DNA from: Octopus sinensis
Lineage: Eukaryota
Direction of reading: 5' to 3'
NCBI RefSeq assembly: GCF_006345805.1
Contig: NC_043003.1
Span: 22,320,001 to 22,384,000 of the forward strand
DNA length: 64,000 nt
Numbering within the stretch: position 1 is the stretch's first letter; each line of letters begins with the position of its first letter. Below are positions 50,254 to 63,244 of this stretch, piece by piece. The notes under the pieces are model-generated. The model had not been told where the DNA came from. It did no database searches and worked only from the letters and a program-made list of their open reading frames with translations. A program made the translations under genes and the position numbers.

Positions 50254-51080
50254 AAAGAGATTGTGTAGGTGTGTGTGTGTGCAAAGGAGAAGACAAAAGA
50301 GATATACTGGTATTTCCTGTTGCCATTGTTTGCCATCTCATATTGAACCAGCGAACCAGTTCTTCAAGTCTTCCTCTCACTATGCGTACCCCCCCCCCCG
50401 CCAGTCTTACTGCTTCAAAGTTGTGTAGTCACCACACAGATGTGTATTTGGTAATGTGTGATGTGGCCCTGGCATCCCTTACATGTCAGAAAAACAAAAT
50501 GGGATGGTCGTGTTTGGAATGTCTTTGATCTTAAATGTGTGCTGCATATGCTACATCAAGACTTAGTTCTAGCTAACCAACAACAACACACTGTCTACAC
50601 TACTCTGTACATAACATACACCACACAACACTAGGTCATATACTATTCTACTACATGCTACTTACCACATACTACATCTTGTACTATGCTCCATAACACA
50701 CTGCACAACATCATACTGTGCTATACCATGCTGTGTACTATACCACATCACTTTGCCCATTCCAATGAGAAAGCCTGTATACAGTCTTGTGGTTGGTTAG
50801 AAATCCCAGCTGACCTTCTCTCTCTCAAATTAGACCTTTCTGCCTTAAAGGATGAATTGGGTGATGAAATCTCTGATATACAATATATGAATGGATAAAT
50901 AAGGGTGCAGGCATGGCTGTGTGGTAAGAAGCGTGCTTCCCAATCACATGGTTCTGGGTTCAGTCCCCACTGTGTGGCACCTTGGGCAAGTGCCTATATT
51001 TATTTTGGTTTTATGTTTTGTTCCTGTTTCCATTTTCTTTTATTGCTTTTATTTATATATTCTTTTTGTTTCTATTTCAG

Positions 51081-51293
51081 GGGAATTGTTCCATCCATTA
51101 TTCCGTATCACATTCCAATTTTGAGATTGTCAGCCTCTTGCTGGATACAAACGTCTGTGATGTAGACAAACAGAACAAAGCCGGCTATTCCGCGATAATG
51201 TTGGCCTCCCTCGCATATGTACAGACTGACGCTCACCGAGACACCGTTAAGCGACTCTTCAGAATGGGTGATGTCAATGGGAGATCGTCGCAG
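51081..51293 (+). CDS. KANK: KANK exon, ankyrin repeats (GNCSIHYSVSHSNFEIVSLLLD...GDVNGRSSQ); 213 nt
   Basis: Acceptor tttctatttcag| and donor cag|gtacgt. Contains HYSVSHSNF and QNKAGYSAIMLA motifs. Confidence 0.95.
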
Positions 51294-51995
51294 GTACGTG
51301 AGAACGTTTGTATGTGTGTTGTTGTTGTTAAGCAACAAGATGGATAAGGGTGATTAGGTGATGGTCTAGGGTTTAGGGGCGGGAGACCCCAGACCTTGGA
51401 AAAAAAAAAGCTTTGGTCGTTTTGCTGTAGTCAAGGGCTCTTCGTTGACGCCCGACACCACTGGGAGGTGGCCCTCGAAGTCACTGGAAATGGAGATCTC
51501 CAGATCCAAATTCTTGAACAGCTGCTGTTGTTTAATCCCAGGTCAGGCCTGATCAGTTAGATCTCAGATCAAAAGTATTCCAGTTGTGAATATTTATTTA
51601 TATCTTAGAGGACTGTATTGTCAAGTTTGTCCCCTTTGAGGGAGATTTGGTTTCTATTTCTTGCAGATTGAGTGGTAACCATGTAAAACCTCCTTTGTGT
51701 GTGTGTGGTGGAGGTACATGTATGTGTGTCTGATGCTCCATTTGTTGGCATAACTTGATGAAACTGGATTATTGCAAGTGTTATAGAATTGAGAGAGAGA
51801 GCAGGTGTGTGTGTGTGTGTGCAGGCATGTTTCTTGTAAGGCTTTGTGTATGTGTTTTTATCTGTATGTATATGTGTGTGATGGCTGTTTGTGTATGTCT
51901 GTTGCCCTCATCTTCAACATAACAAATATTTTAATTGTCAGTTTTTATCACCATTAATAGCTACAGTAATTATCATAATTTTTGCTATGGCAGCT

Positions 51996-52165
51996 ATTAT
52001 CATCTCCATCATCATCAACATTATCATCTCCATCATCATCAACATTATCATCTCCATCATCATCAACATTATCATCTCCATCATCATCAACATTATCATC
52101 TCCATCATCATCAACATTATCATCTCCATCATCATCAACATTATCATCTCCATCAACATTATCAT
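51996..52165. repeat. 24-bp minisatellite (attatcatctccatcatcatcaac) x6 plus a partial unit
   Basis: Six identical units within a (CAT)-rich tract. Confidence 0.95.
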
Positions 52166-53004
52166 TTTCCATCATCATCATTATCATCTTCCATCATCAA
52201 TATTACCATCTTCATCATCTTCAGTGTCATCAGCATTATTGTCTCCATCATCACCAACATTATCATCTTGATCATCATCACCTACATTATCTTTATCATC
52301 TTCATCATCACCAACATTATCATTGTCATCATCCTGATTACTGAGTATTATCCCCATTCTCATCATTTTTGTTCACATCATCATCATCCTAATGGAAGTT
52401 AGTATCATGTGAGTGTCTAATAAAATTTACTTGTCAGTAAATGTTGTTAGTAAACCTTGGCTACTTATAAACCACATATTCTGGAGGATATAACTTATAT
52501 GTAGCAATAGACTTAGTTTCCTTTCCAGTGGTATGTTGTTTCTCATCTTTCACAGAAGCATAATGTATGCTTTGTCTCCACCCCCCCCCCCCCACTGCAC
52601 CCCCATCTCCAACACCTGATGGAATTGTAGGGATGGTGTTGTGATATTTGAAGTGTCCTAGGCATTTATAGTTGTAGTGGAGTTCATTCCTGTCCATGTT
52701 TAATCACAGCCGTTTCTTTCATAAAGAGAAAGAGGCAAACGGGCAGAAATAAAGTGAGAGAGAAAAATCTAAGAATCAGTCCCAGTATGGAACTAGTAGT
52801 ATATTTATTGACCCCACCCTACTTAAAAATTAAAAAAAGAAAAAAGGATGAAGGTAAAGTTGACCTTTGGGATTTGAACACAGAGGGCCAGGACAATTGT
52901 CATAGACATGTCCAATGCACAACATCACCTGTGGGTTGCTTTGACTGTTCTATTATATTTCTGTTGAAACACAACTGCTTTTGTTTCAATTGATTTTGAA
53001 AATA

Positions 53005-53395
53005 GTCGCAGGAGTGGCTGTGTGGCAAGTAGCTTGCTTACCAACCACATGGTTCCAGGTTCAGTCCCACTGCGTGGCACCTTGGGCAAGTGTCTTCTAT
53101 TATAGCCTTGGGCCACCCAAAGCCTTGTGAGTGGATTTGGTAGATGGAAACTGAAAAGAAGCCCGTCGTATATATGTATATATATGTGTGTGTTTGTGTG
53201 TCTGTGCTTGCCCCCCCCCCCAACATCGCTTGACAACCGATGGTGGTGTGTTTACGTCCCTGTAATGTAGCGGTTTGGCAAGAGACTGATAGAATAAGTA
53301 CTAGGCTTACAAAGAATAAGTCCTGGGGTCGATTTTCTTGACTAAAGGTGGTGCTCCAGCATGGCTGCAGTCGAATGACTGAAACGTAAAAAAGT
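53005..53395 (+). mobile_element. SINE family B, best-preserved copy
   Basis: tRNA-like head (gtggctgtgtggcaagtagc; ggttccaggttcagtccc), GGCACCTTGGGCAAGTG core and tail ccagcatggctgcagtcgaatgactgaaac. Confidence 0.88.
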
Positions 53396-53619
53396 AAAGA
53401 ATTTATAAAAATAACCTTGTTGTTAGGTTTGTGTTTGGAATATAAATTAACAAAGAATTTTGATGGACGGTTTTATAATGCAAATCACTCTGAAATAGGG
53501 AATTTGTGTTATAGAACTCGGGTGGTTGGTGTCAAACGGATTAATTAATGAATGTACGTTTATGTATGTATCTGTGTCTTTATTTTTTTTATTTATGTGT
53601 GTATCTGTTATAATTGCAG

Positions 53620-53820
53620 GCCAAACAAACTGCCCTCATGCTGTCTGTGAGTCATGGCCGAGGTGATATGGTGAAGTTGCTTCTGGAATGTGGTGCTGAC
53701 ATTAACTGCCAAGATGAAGATGGCTCCACGGCTTTGATGTGTGCCTGCGAGCACGGACATATTGAGATTGTGAAGACGCTGATTACTGATCTGCAATGTG
53801 ATGCCTCACTAACTGATAAT
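53620..53820 (+). CDS. KANK: KANK exon, ankyrin repeats ([13 protein letters not shown]...DASLTDN); 201 nt
   Basis: Acceptor ataattgcag| and donor aat|gtaagt. Contains canonical ankyrin TALM...G motifs. Confidence 0.95.
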
Positions 53821-53938
53821 GTAAGTAGTTGTTGTTGTTGTTGATGATGATGTTTACATTTTTATTGTTGTTGTTGTTGGTGGTGATGTATTTGTTGTTT
53901 TCGTTTAGTCTCACTGGTGAACTCTGATTTAAGTATAT

Positions 53939-54455
53939 GTGCAGCATATAAGCTACTGGGAAAGACTCAAGAGATTAAGACTCTATTCTTTAGAGCGTAG
54001 GCAAGAAAGATATGCCATAATATACATCTGGAAGATCCTAGAAGGACTTGTCCCAAACTTTGGCATCAAGAGTTACACAAATGCTAGAACTGGGCGCCAC
54101 TGAATAGTGCCAAGGACTCCAAATTTGCCATCAAGATGTAGGACAAGATACTGTGATAGCCTGGGCTTCAGAGGCCCACAGCTCTTCAATATCCTCCTGA
54201 AGAACCTGAGAGACCTGCATGGGGTGGATGCAGATGTTTTTAAAATAAAACTGGATCTCTTCCTGTCAGGTGTCCCAGATGAACCAACTTCACGGCAGGA
54301 GGTGCAGATGAGGGCAGCTGCATTGAACTCTCTCATGCACCAAATGGCATTTGCTAAAAAGCATTCGTGAAGTAAAATCATGTAGCAACACCAAATGGCG
54401 GTGCCCCAGCATGGCCCCAGCTCGTGAGCTGAAACTAGATAAGATAAAAAAAAAA
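53939..54455 (+). mobile_element. CR1/L2-group LINE 3' fragment
   Basis: SYWERLKRLRLYSLERRQERYAIIYIWKILEG...H*IVP...GPQLFNILL...FKIKLDLFLSGVPDEP...RAAALNSL, with one internal stop, followed by a short 3' UTR and A-rich tail. Confidence 0.85.
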
Positions 54456-55523
54456 TTTTTTTAAATATCTGCAATCAAATATATTCCAACTGTGACCATC
54501 CCCATCTGCTTTATTTTGAGATGTGGCATATCTGGAATTACATTGTCCAATATGTCCTTCTTTTCTTAAGAAGGTAGGATATGATTTAAAGGTGATTTGG
54601 TTGCTATTTTTAGTTGATTGTGCGATGTCTTTTGAGTTGTTTTTGGCATTGTCAGTCAATCTATCCTCTTCCATAATTGCAACCATCAACCGGAAGTTAC
54701 TATCTCCCACCTTCCATATAGAAATAATTTTCATCCTTCTTTTCCTTTCATTTCACTAAATGCATATAAAATAAAAATATAAAAAATCCAGATATGATAC
54801 ACTAGTCACAAAGAAGGTAATAAAAAGTTCTTAAGAATAGAATAAAGTAGTTGATTATTGAGAATGTGTTATTCAGGCTAGTGAGGCCATTGAGAAGGAT
54901 TATAGTAAAAAAAAAAACTATCAACCTTTACCTCGTTGCTTATAAGTGGAGCACTTTATGCAAAATCATTTAAAAAAATTTTAATTAATAAATTTTTAAA
55001 TATTTTTTTGTTACTAAAGATGGTAGAGTTTTACCACAAACACATTTATTGATTACTCAATGGCATCTTTTTTCAACATACTTTTTCTTATGTCTGTTGA
55101 GTCTGGGAGAGTTGCATCTTTGCACACAAAATTATTCCAGACAGTTTAACCTTAGATCAAGAAGAGATTTATGAGTGAAAGCTTAACCACTTAGGTTCAT
55201 CTTGCCGCTTTGTATATTATTGTTGTATGTTCAATGAACTTTTTCTCTTTATTACTGTTGCTTCATCTGTGTGTTATGTTGTTTATAATAATAGTCTAGT
55301 GTTGCCTGTTATCTGATGGATGCCATGTAAAAAGCATCTGTACTGGTGCCATGTAAAAGCATCCTGCTGCATAAAAGCACCCAGTAATACTATGTAAAGT
55401 GGTTGATATTAGGAAGGACATCCAGCTGTAGAAACTAAGGAGCCCAGACAGCTCTTGAGCTGGCCAGCTCCTATTAAACCATCCAACCCATGATGATGAT
55501 AATTTTTTTTTTCTGCATTCCAG

Positions 55524-55625
55524 GATGGACAGAATGCTTTGGCTATTGCCATGGAGGCTGGCCACAAAGACATTGGTGTTATACTTTATGCTCATTTGAA
55601 TTTCTCAAAACAGCCTGTGTCTCCT
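55524..55625 (+). CDS. KANK: KANK exon, last ankyrin repeat ([34 protein letters not shown]); 102 nt
   Basis: Acceptor ttctgcattccag| and donor cct|gtaagt. Matches the KANK AGHKDIxVxLYAHxNF motif. Confidence 0.95.
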
Positions 55626-56937
55626 GTAAGTATTGTAACACTTATTAAAAAAAAATTTTTTTTAATATTTTCTTATTGGATAGAAATTTATTCCAGTCTT
55701 TGCACAGTTTTCACCATTGTGGAATTCCTTACTGACATTATCCAGTTATAGGTATGTCTAGGTTGTTGAACAGACCTATGACCAAAGGCATTAGTCAAGC
55801 CTTGATCATCCCGACTTTGTTTTTCTTTCAGGTCTGGTATCCCATTCATTGGGTAGGCTTGTAATCTCGGTTGCTTATACACCTTGCAAACCAGGTTAAG
55901 CTCTTGTGTTTTGAGGCTTAGGGTTCATCACAGATTAAAGTCTAAATGTACCCCTCACTACATTATCCTGTGTGACCCCTTCTTTTAGATAGTTGGGTGT
56001 AATTTGAGGGTAACCTGACTGCTATTATTAAATACTACTTTGTTGATTTAATTTGCATTGTTGTTGGTACACTACTGCTATGTGTGTCTATATTTGATAT
56101 TACACCAGTTTGTAATACATATAATATAGCTCAAGTATTGCACACCAAATATTTTCTGAAGCTTCTTGTGGAAAAAAACAAAAACAAAAACAAAAACAAA
56201 ATCAATGCCTGGCTTCTGCAGCAAAGATGACTGAGATGATCAGCTTTCTTCATGCTTGCTCTACATGTGTGTGTGTGTGTGTGCATATGGATTCTCGAAT
56301 TCCTCGTAAGATAACAAGCATAATGAATCCAGTCATTACTTATTGCCCTATTACTTGTGACAATGAGCCACTCTTACCATAGTACCTATTAACCTATTAA
56401 TAATTTAGGTGATCTGATTCACCTAAATGGACCATGTGCTGCTAATAGCTTTTAGTTTCTAACTTCTCTAAATAAACACTTAGAAAATCAATATAAAAGA
56501 ATTATCAGTACAAAATCACTAATAAGAAGAAAACTGAGAGTGAAAACCTCTGCCAGCTCACCATCTTCTCTTGCCAACATATACTAATATGTGGTTAGGA
56601 AGTTTGCCTCCCAAACACATGGTTGTCAGTTAACTTCATTAAGACAGTTAACATCAGTTAACACATGGTTGGCAGTTTGGTGCTGCCATTGAACATTGAA
56701 AGGTACCCCTCTCTTGATCTATTCTTTCAACTCAATAGGCATCATCTCTTTTTAGTATCTGTAGTGTTGTTGGTTAGTGGTGGCTGGGCAGATATTCAGC
56801 TTCTATTTATGTGAATTTGCAATATTATCAAACCAAGAAAAAACCTTGTGAGTGAGTGATGTAGTGAACTGGAGAAATACGTAAATTGAGTTTTAGAATG
56901 AAAATGATTTGTTCATGTTGTCTGTTTATTGTTGCAG

Positions 56938-56990
56938 GGTTTATACAGGAAACGAAGGACAAGTTCAGATTCTTCATCATCTGCTGCAAG
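56938..56990 (+). CDS. KANK: KANK exon, C-terminal tail (GLYRKRRTSSDSSSSAA); 53 nt
   Basis: Acceptor tttattgttgcag| and donor aag|gtaaat. In frame with the previous exon; unique, non-repetitive sequence. Confidence 0.75.
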
Positions 56991-58514
56991 GTAAATGCAC
57001 ACACACAATCTTCTCCATGTACTTACACCTACAGTTATACAGAATATATATATGCATACATACACACATATACGTTTACTTATACATGTATACTTACAAA
57101 CACACGTTTTTGTATTAAATGTTGTGATATATACAGTCCTTATTTACACATGGTTTCAACTTTTGGCACAAAGCCTGAAATTTGGGAGAGGGCTAAGTCA
57201 ATTACATTGACCCCCCAGTGCTCAACTGGTACTTATTTTATCAACCCAGAAAGGATGAAAGGTAAAGCTGACCTAGGCGGAATTTGATCCCAGAATGTAA
57301 AGGTGGATGAAATGCTGTTGGGCATTTTGCCCATTTCTGCCAGCTTGCCGTCTTCTCTTGCCAACACATACTAATATTGGTTTCAAATTTTGGCACAAGG
57401 CCAGCTGTGTTAGGAGAGGAGGCAAGTCAATCATATTGCCCCCGTGTTCAACTGGTACTTATCTTATCAACCCTAGAAAGATAAAAGGCAAAGTCGACCT
57501 CGGTGGGATTTGAACTCAAAACAGATGAAATGCTAGTCAGAATTTTTCTTCGTGTGTTAACATTTCTGGCAGCTCACCACCTTCACACATATTAATATTA
57601 GTATTAGTATATAGTGTTTAAGACAGCAATGAGTTGGTAGATGCATAATGGGGGAAAAAAATTTAAATGTTTTGTGCATTGAAGAAGTATAACCAAAAAA
57701 ACATTCGAGCGGAAAAAAACATTTGAGCAAGGTCATTGTCAGTGCCGCTGGACTGGCTCTTGTGCAGGTGGCACGTAAAAACACCATTTGAGCGTGGCTG
57801 TTGCAAATACTGCCTGACTGGCTCTCGTACCAGTGGCACGTAAAACCACCCACCACACTCTTGGAGTGTTTGGCGTTAGGAAGGGCATCCAGCTGTAGAA
57901 ACTCTGCCAGATCAGATTGGAGCCTGGTGCAGCCATCTGGTTTGCCAGTCCTCAGTCAAATTGTTCAACCCATGCTAGCATGGAAAGCAGATGTTAAACG
58001 ATGATGATGAAATTTTAACAACAAAAGGCCATGTGGACCCCAGTTGGGTACCATTGGACTAGTGTTACCCTCCTGCATAATTAAAACAAACAAACAAACT
58101 TCTCCTTAAGACTTTTTTATTTTTAAAAGTTAGGCTATGAGAGGTGACACCTATCTTATAATTTTCAATGGTCCTTGCAGTTTAATGTCCAATATGCTGG
58201 TAAATATTTGTAAGCCTAATTTGAATCAGCATGTGGTGGGGAATCAATAAGAGGTGTATAGATTAATTCCAGTTTGTAGGTTTCTTGTTTCATCACTGTC
58301 AGTTGTATTGTTTACAAATAATGTACATATTGTATATACAATTTAAACACTCTGCACTGTGGATGTGTTAGCTATTAACTTGTGATTTATACAAACATTT
58401 AATGTAAGTCTTGTCACTACTAGAAAGGTGACATATGAAAGATAGATAGATACATACATACATATATATATACCTGCATAGATACATACATTCCTACCTA
58501 CATATTCATAGATA

Positions 58515-58645
58515 CATATATTCATAGATGCATATATTCATAGATGCATATATACATAGATGCATATATACATAGATGCATATATACATAGATGCATATA
58601 TACATAGATGCATATATACATAGATACATATATACATAGATACAT
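58515..58645. repeat. 16-bp minisatellite (catagatgcatatata)n
   Basis: About 7 tandem units. Confidence 0.9.
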
Positions 58646-60152
58646 ACAGACATACATATGTACATACATACGTATGTACATACAAACATAGGTAAATTGA
58701 TGGCTAGGTATGTAGGAAATAAACAGGTAGCTATGTAGATAAACAGATAGATATGTAGGTAGCTTGATAGGTAGTTAGGTAGACCAATAGATTGGCAGAT
58801 AGACAGATAGGTTTATAGTTATCTTGATAGGTCTGTAGATAGCAAAGATTAAAATAGAGACAGGTAGATAAGTTAAACATGCTGATAGGTTGGTTGGTTG
58901 GTAGGTATGTATGTAGGTGGGTAAATAGTTAGGAGTTAGGTTGGAAGACTTATAAGTAGATAGGTGGGTGAGTTGGTAGATGGATAATAGAAGGATGAAA
59001 GACAAACTAACTGGACAAGCAATAAAATGTATGAACAAACTGGTTAACAAACCCTTCAGTCATGTATTTAACTAAACACATGTAATTGGAGAACTTGTTA
59101 TACAGGATTACACACACACGCACACACATCTAAATACAAATGTTGGCACATACACATCTATAGTCATTCACACACACATGCGCGCACACATACATACGTA
59201 CACACACATACACACACATACATACATACTTACATTAACGTGTACATACTGATGTGCATGGATATGTAACACACACACATCTTGTTTTAGTCATTAAACT
59301 GTGGCCATACTGGTGCACCACTTTGAAGGGTTTTAGTTAAAATAGTCAAGCACTTATTCTATCAGGCTTTTTGCTGAACTGCTAAGTCACAGATATAAAC
59401 AAACCAACAAATGTCAACTGATCGTTGGAGCGCGCGCGCACACGCACACATACATATAAGGGTAAAGGATAAAGACCCCCTTCGGTCATGAATGACCATG
59501 GGATTGCACTTGAAAGTAAGTTCCACTCCAAGGCACAAATCTGAGCAAGGTCTCTCTTCTCCCTGCCACTGAGGTCCAAGGGAAAGGCAATGGCTAATAC
59601 AGCTTAGCACCAGTGATGCCACAACTCATTTCTACAGCTGAGTGAACTGGAGCAACGTGAAAATGAAGTGTCTTGCCCAGGAACACAACACATGGCCTAG
59701 TCCAGGAACTGAACTCACAATCTCATGGTTTTAAGCCTAGTGCTCTAACGACTGAGCCATTCACATGTAGTAGACTAGAGCAACATGAAATGAAAGCAGA
59801 CATAGGCATCCACTCAATCCCGCTATTCTGTCAGGGCACTTCTCCCATCTACAAAGTTGGCTGGTATTCATTTTCAGTCGAGTAGACAAGCAAAAATGAA
59901 ATGAAATGCTTGCTTAGTCCAGGAATCAAACCCACAACCTTATAATCATGAGCCCAGCACCCTAACCACTTGGCCACCTGTTTGTACACACGTACACACA
60001 CACATGCATACACACATACACTGAAATACATGTTCCCACACACTTGTGTGGGTACACATACCCACTCCTATATTTAGATGTATTTATATATGTATGTATA
60101 ATATGTTATTATGTATATAGTCTCTTTATCTTCTTTTTTTGTTATTTTTCAG

Positions 60153-60165
60153 CACACCTCGGTAG
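60153..60165 (+). CDS. KANK: Probable terminal KANK coding exon (AG+C=Ser, then T-P-R-stop)
   Basis: Strong polypyrimidine acceptor ttctttttttgttatttttcag|c; phase 2 matches the donor at 56990; TAG at 60163-60165. No homology support for so short a tail. Confidence 0.55.
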
Positions 60166-60684
60166 AAGATCCACTCCCACCAAATACCAGAGACACCAGA
60201 AATTAGAACACGCATGCCACACACACACACAATCACACACACAATCACACACACACACTCTCAATTCTCATCCTGCTTTTATTATTATTATTATTATTAT
60301 TATTTTTTATTATAATTTATTTTTATAGTGCATATTATTTTAGGTTCTGTTCTGCTTGTTTTTTTTCTTTTTTATTTCATTTCGTCTTTCTTTCTCTTTT
60401 CATTCTGTGGCAATCAATAGCATATATAACCATTGATAAAGAAGAGATATACCCACGCAACACTCACACACACACACATACACATAGCTGTGTGTGTGTG
60501 TGTGAATAAGAAACATAGACACATACACATATTTTGGGTACTCACACATGCACAGGAGGCACTCACACACACATACTCAAGCTAGGAGTGTGCTAAGCAA
60601 GAAAGAAAGAGACAGCAAAGTCTATCTGAAGATAACAACAATAATCCTTTCTGTTTTTTATCATAGAGATTAGGCATTCTGTAC

Positions 60685-60967
60685 ATTATTTACATTAGAT
60701 CTGTGTCCTCATCTTTTCAGCTGATTACATCACAAACTTTTCAGCTGATTTACTCTCCGGCCTTCATCAGGTGTTCAGTTCCAGGCAGTACCTTGACTTG
60801 AATAAATAATAATAATAAAGACATCAGCAAAAAAAAAATACCTTAGGAATGAGAACCCAGGGTTGGGTTCAAAATTCTACCAGGACACCCGATGAAGGCT
60901 GGAGAGTAAACCAATCAAAATGAGGTAACAACAAGACAAGGACACATACCTGTCCAATGTAAATAAT
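60685..60967. mobile_element. Inverted pair of Penelope-like terminal repeats with hammerhead-like cores
   Basis: Inner 26-bp inverted repeat 60749-60774 / 60885-60910 (2 mismatches) and outer attatttacatt / aatgtaaataat; each arm has a C(T/C)GATGA-A-GGC(C/T)G motif. Confidence 0.5.
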
Positions 60968-63244
60968 TCTTTCTACTATAAGCATAAGGACCGAAAATTT
61001 GGAGGAAGGTTTTGTCGGTTACATTGACCCCAGTTCTCAACTGGTACTTATTGTATTGACCTCAAAAGGACGAAAGACTAAGTTGGCCTCGGTGGAATTT
61101 CAACTCAAAATGCAATGATGGACAAAATGTTTCTAAGCTTAGCAGCATTTTGTCTAGGGTGCTAACTATTCTGCCATGTCACTGACTTATTATTATTAAT
61201 AATAATAATAATAATAATAATAATGGACTCCCCTGCTCACTCCTTCCATCAAATTGATGTTGCTTGAACAGGTGCATAGTGTACCACGGATCAGGTGTTG
61301 GAGTGATCATAGCAACGTGAGATGAAGTGTTTTGTTCGAGAACACAATGCATTAATCGGTCTAGGAATTGAAACCACGATGTCGTGATCACGAGTGCAAC
61401 ACCCTAACACTTAGGCCATGCACCCTAACAACAACATGATGAAGATAATTGCTTGTGAATTTAGGCACAAGGCCAATAAATTTGAATGGTGGAGGGTTAG
61501 TTAATATAATTGACCCTGGTATTTGGTGTTTAATTTTATCAACCCTTGAGTGATGAAAGGCACAGTTGACCTTGACTGGATTTGAGCTCAGAATGTAAAG
61601 GGCTGGAAAAAATACAGCTAGGTATTTTTCCTGATGCTATAATGATTCTACTAATCTAAGCCACAAGAATTTCGATGGATAATGTGTAAAGATGGGTAGT
61701 TGTGACTTAACTTTCCTCCTTCTGCAGTATTTGACTGGCATCTTATTTAGTCGACCCTGGAAGGATGAAAGGCAAAACTATTTGACTAACACAGGGTTTG
61801 AACTCAGATCATAAAAGGACATCACTAAACACTTGATTTATCCACTGCCTTCTTGATTGATCTTTGTCTTCTCTATCATCATCCCATTTCTACCACCACC
61901 ACCAGTATCATCATCACTGACATCAGCACCTCCACCACATCAAACATCAGTAGCACATCACTATCACGAGTCCTGCATATACCATGACCATCATCATCAT
62001 CATCATCATCATCACAATCAAAACCATTTTCAATACTATTCAAATACTATCCTCCAACTGTCTCTTGATATTGTCCCTCATACTCTCATATCTCTCTTTC
62101 TCTCTATCATTATTGTACCCAGCTCTTATTGTCTTCCTAACAGATTCCATTATTAGCTCTCTCAACCACCATGAATGCTGTAACAAACCCATGACCACAA
62201 CTTTTGAAAGACCAGAGGAATGAAAAGTAACGATTGATGATAAATGCATCAGGCTGTAAAATGCTGTTTCAAATAGTCACTGTTGAACCCACGGGGAAAA
62301 AAGGCACCCAGATATTAAATATATTGACTCGGGTTAGCTTTGTGTCTATTGTAAAAATCAATATTATACTCTGAATTAAGGGCAAATATTTTTATGCGAG
62401 TATTTTAATATAGGGCAGATCTTTCATTGGTTTGGTTAGAGTACATTTGAAATGAGAGCATGTAAGTCTTTGCAGCAAAGGAAAGGGGAGATAGTGGCAT
62501 GTAACATATATGAAAAAATTGTGGCACTGTACTTCTCTGCTTGTCAATTACTTGTTGGCTCAGAAATACTGTCCTTAGTAAACAAGTGCTTAATTTCCCC
62601 AAACTGCTGTTTTTATTCCAGGATGTATTTTTTGTGAGATTAACCCAGAAACCATGACATTATTTAACCACCTGTTGTCTCACTGATGCCTGTTGTATCC
62701 ATTTTACATTTGAAAATAAATGACTAATTAATTATAATTACAATAATGATGATGTTGCCAAAATGTAATGGCAACCATAGATTTCATGCCAAAGTCTGAA
62801 GATTCATGATTTTTCTTGGAATATATATGGCAGTGATTTTTTTTTTTTTTGGTGCCTTCTTCCACTTTATATGTAGTTTACTCTGTTAATCTCCAATTCT
62901 TCCAAATTTATCCTTGAAGCACAGAGCCTATTTAATTCTTAGACGAGAGGGATTGGTTTACATGACATCTGGGCATGTCCACAATCTGGTGAGGCACTAT
63001 TAATGGCACAAGACTTAGTCAGCCCTCCTTCCAGTTCTCTATACTTTAGCCAGAAGGTAATTTTCTTTCATAACTGGAAATTTTGACAGGTGCTACCACC
63101 CTACACCAGTGTACACCTGAGAGTAGTGAGTGACTTAAGGGGCAACTCATATTATCCAAAACTTCTGAGGACCCCAACTGAAGCTCTCATCACAATATAC
63201 AGTTTAATGTCTTACCCAGAATGTTTACAATGATTAGGAAATTA

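Noticed and set aside
51891-52402. His-rich, Ser-rich and Ile-rich ORFs in all frames
   Set aside because: They come from a (CAT)-derived minisatellite inside a well-defined KANK intron.
60153-60328. Third frame of the last exon (HLGRRSTP..., reminiscent of the KANK1 LGRKTSP)
   Set aside because: It needs a phase-1 donor that I could not find, and it runs into microsatellites.
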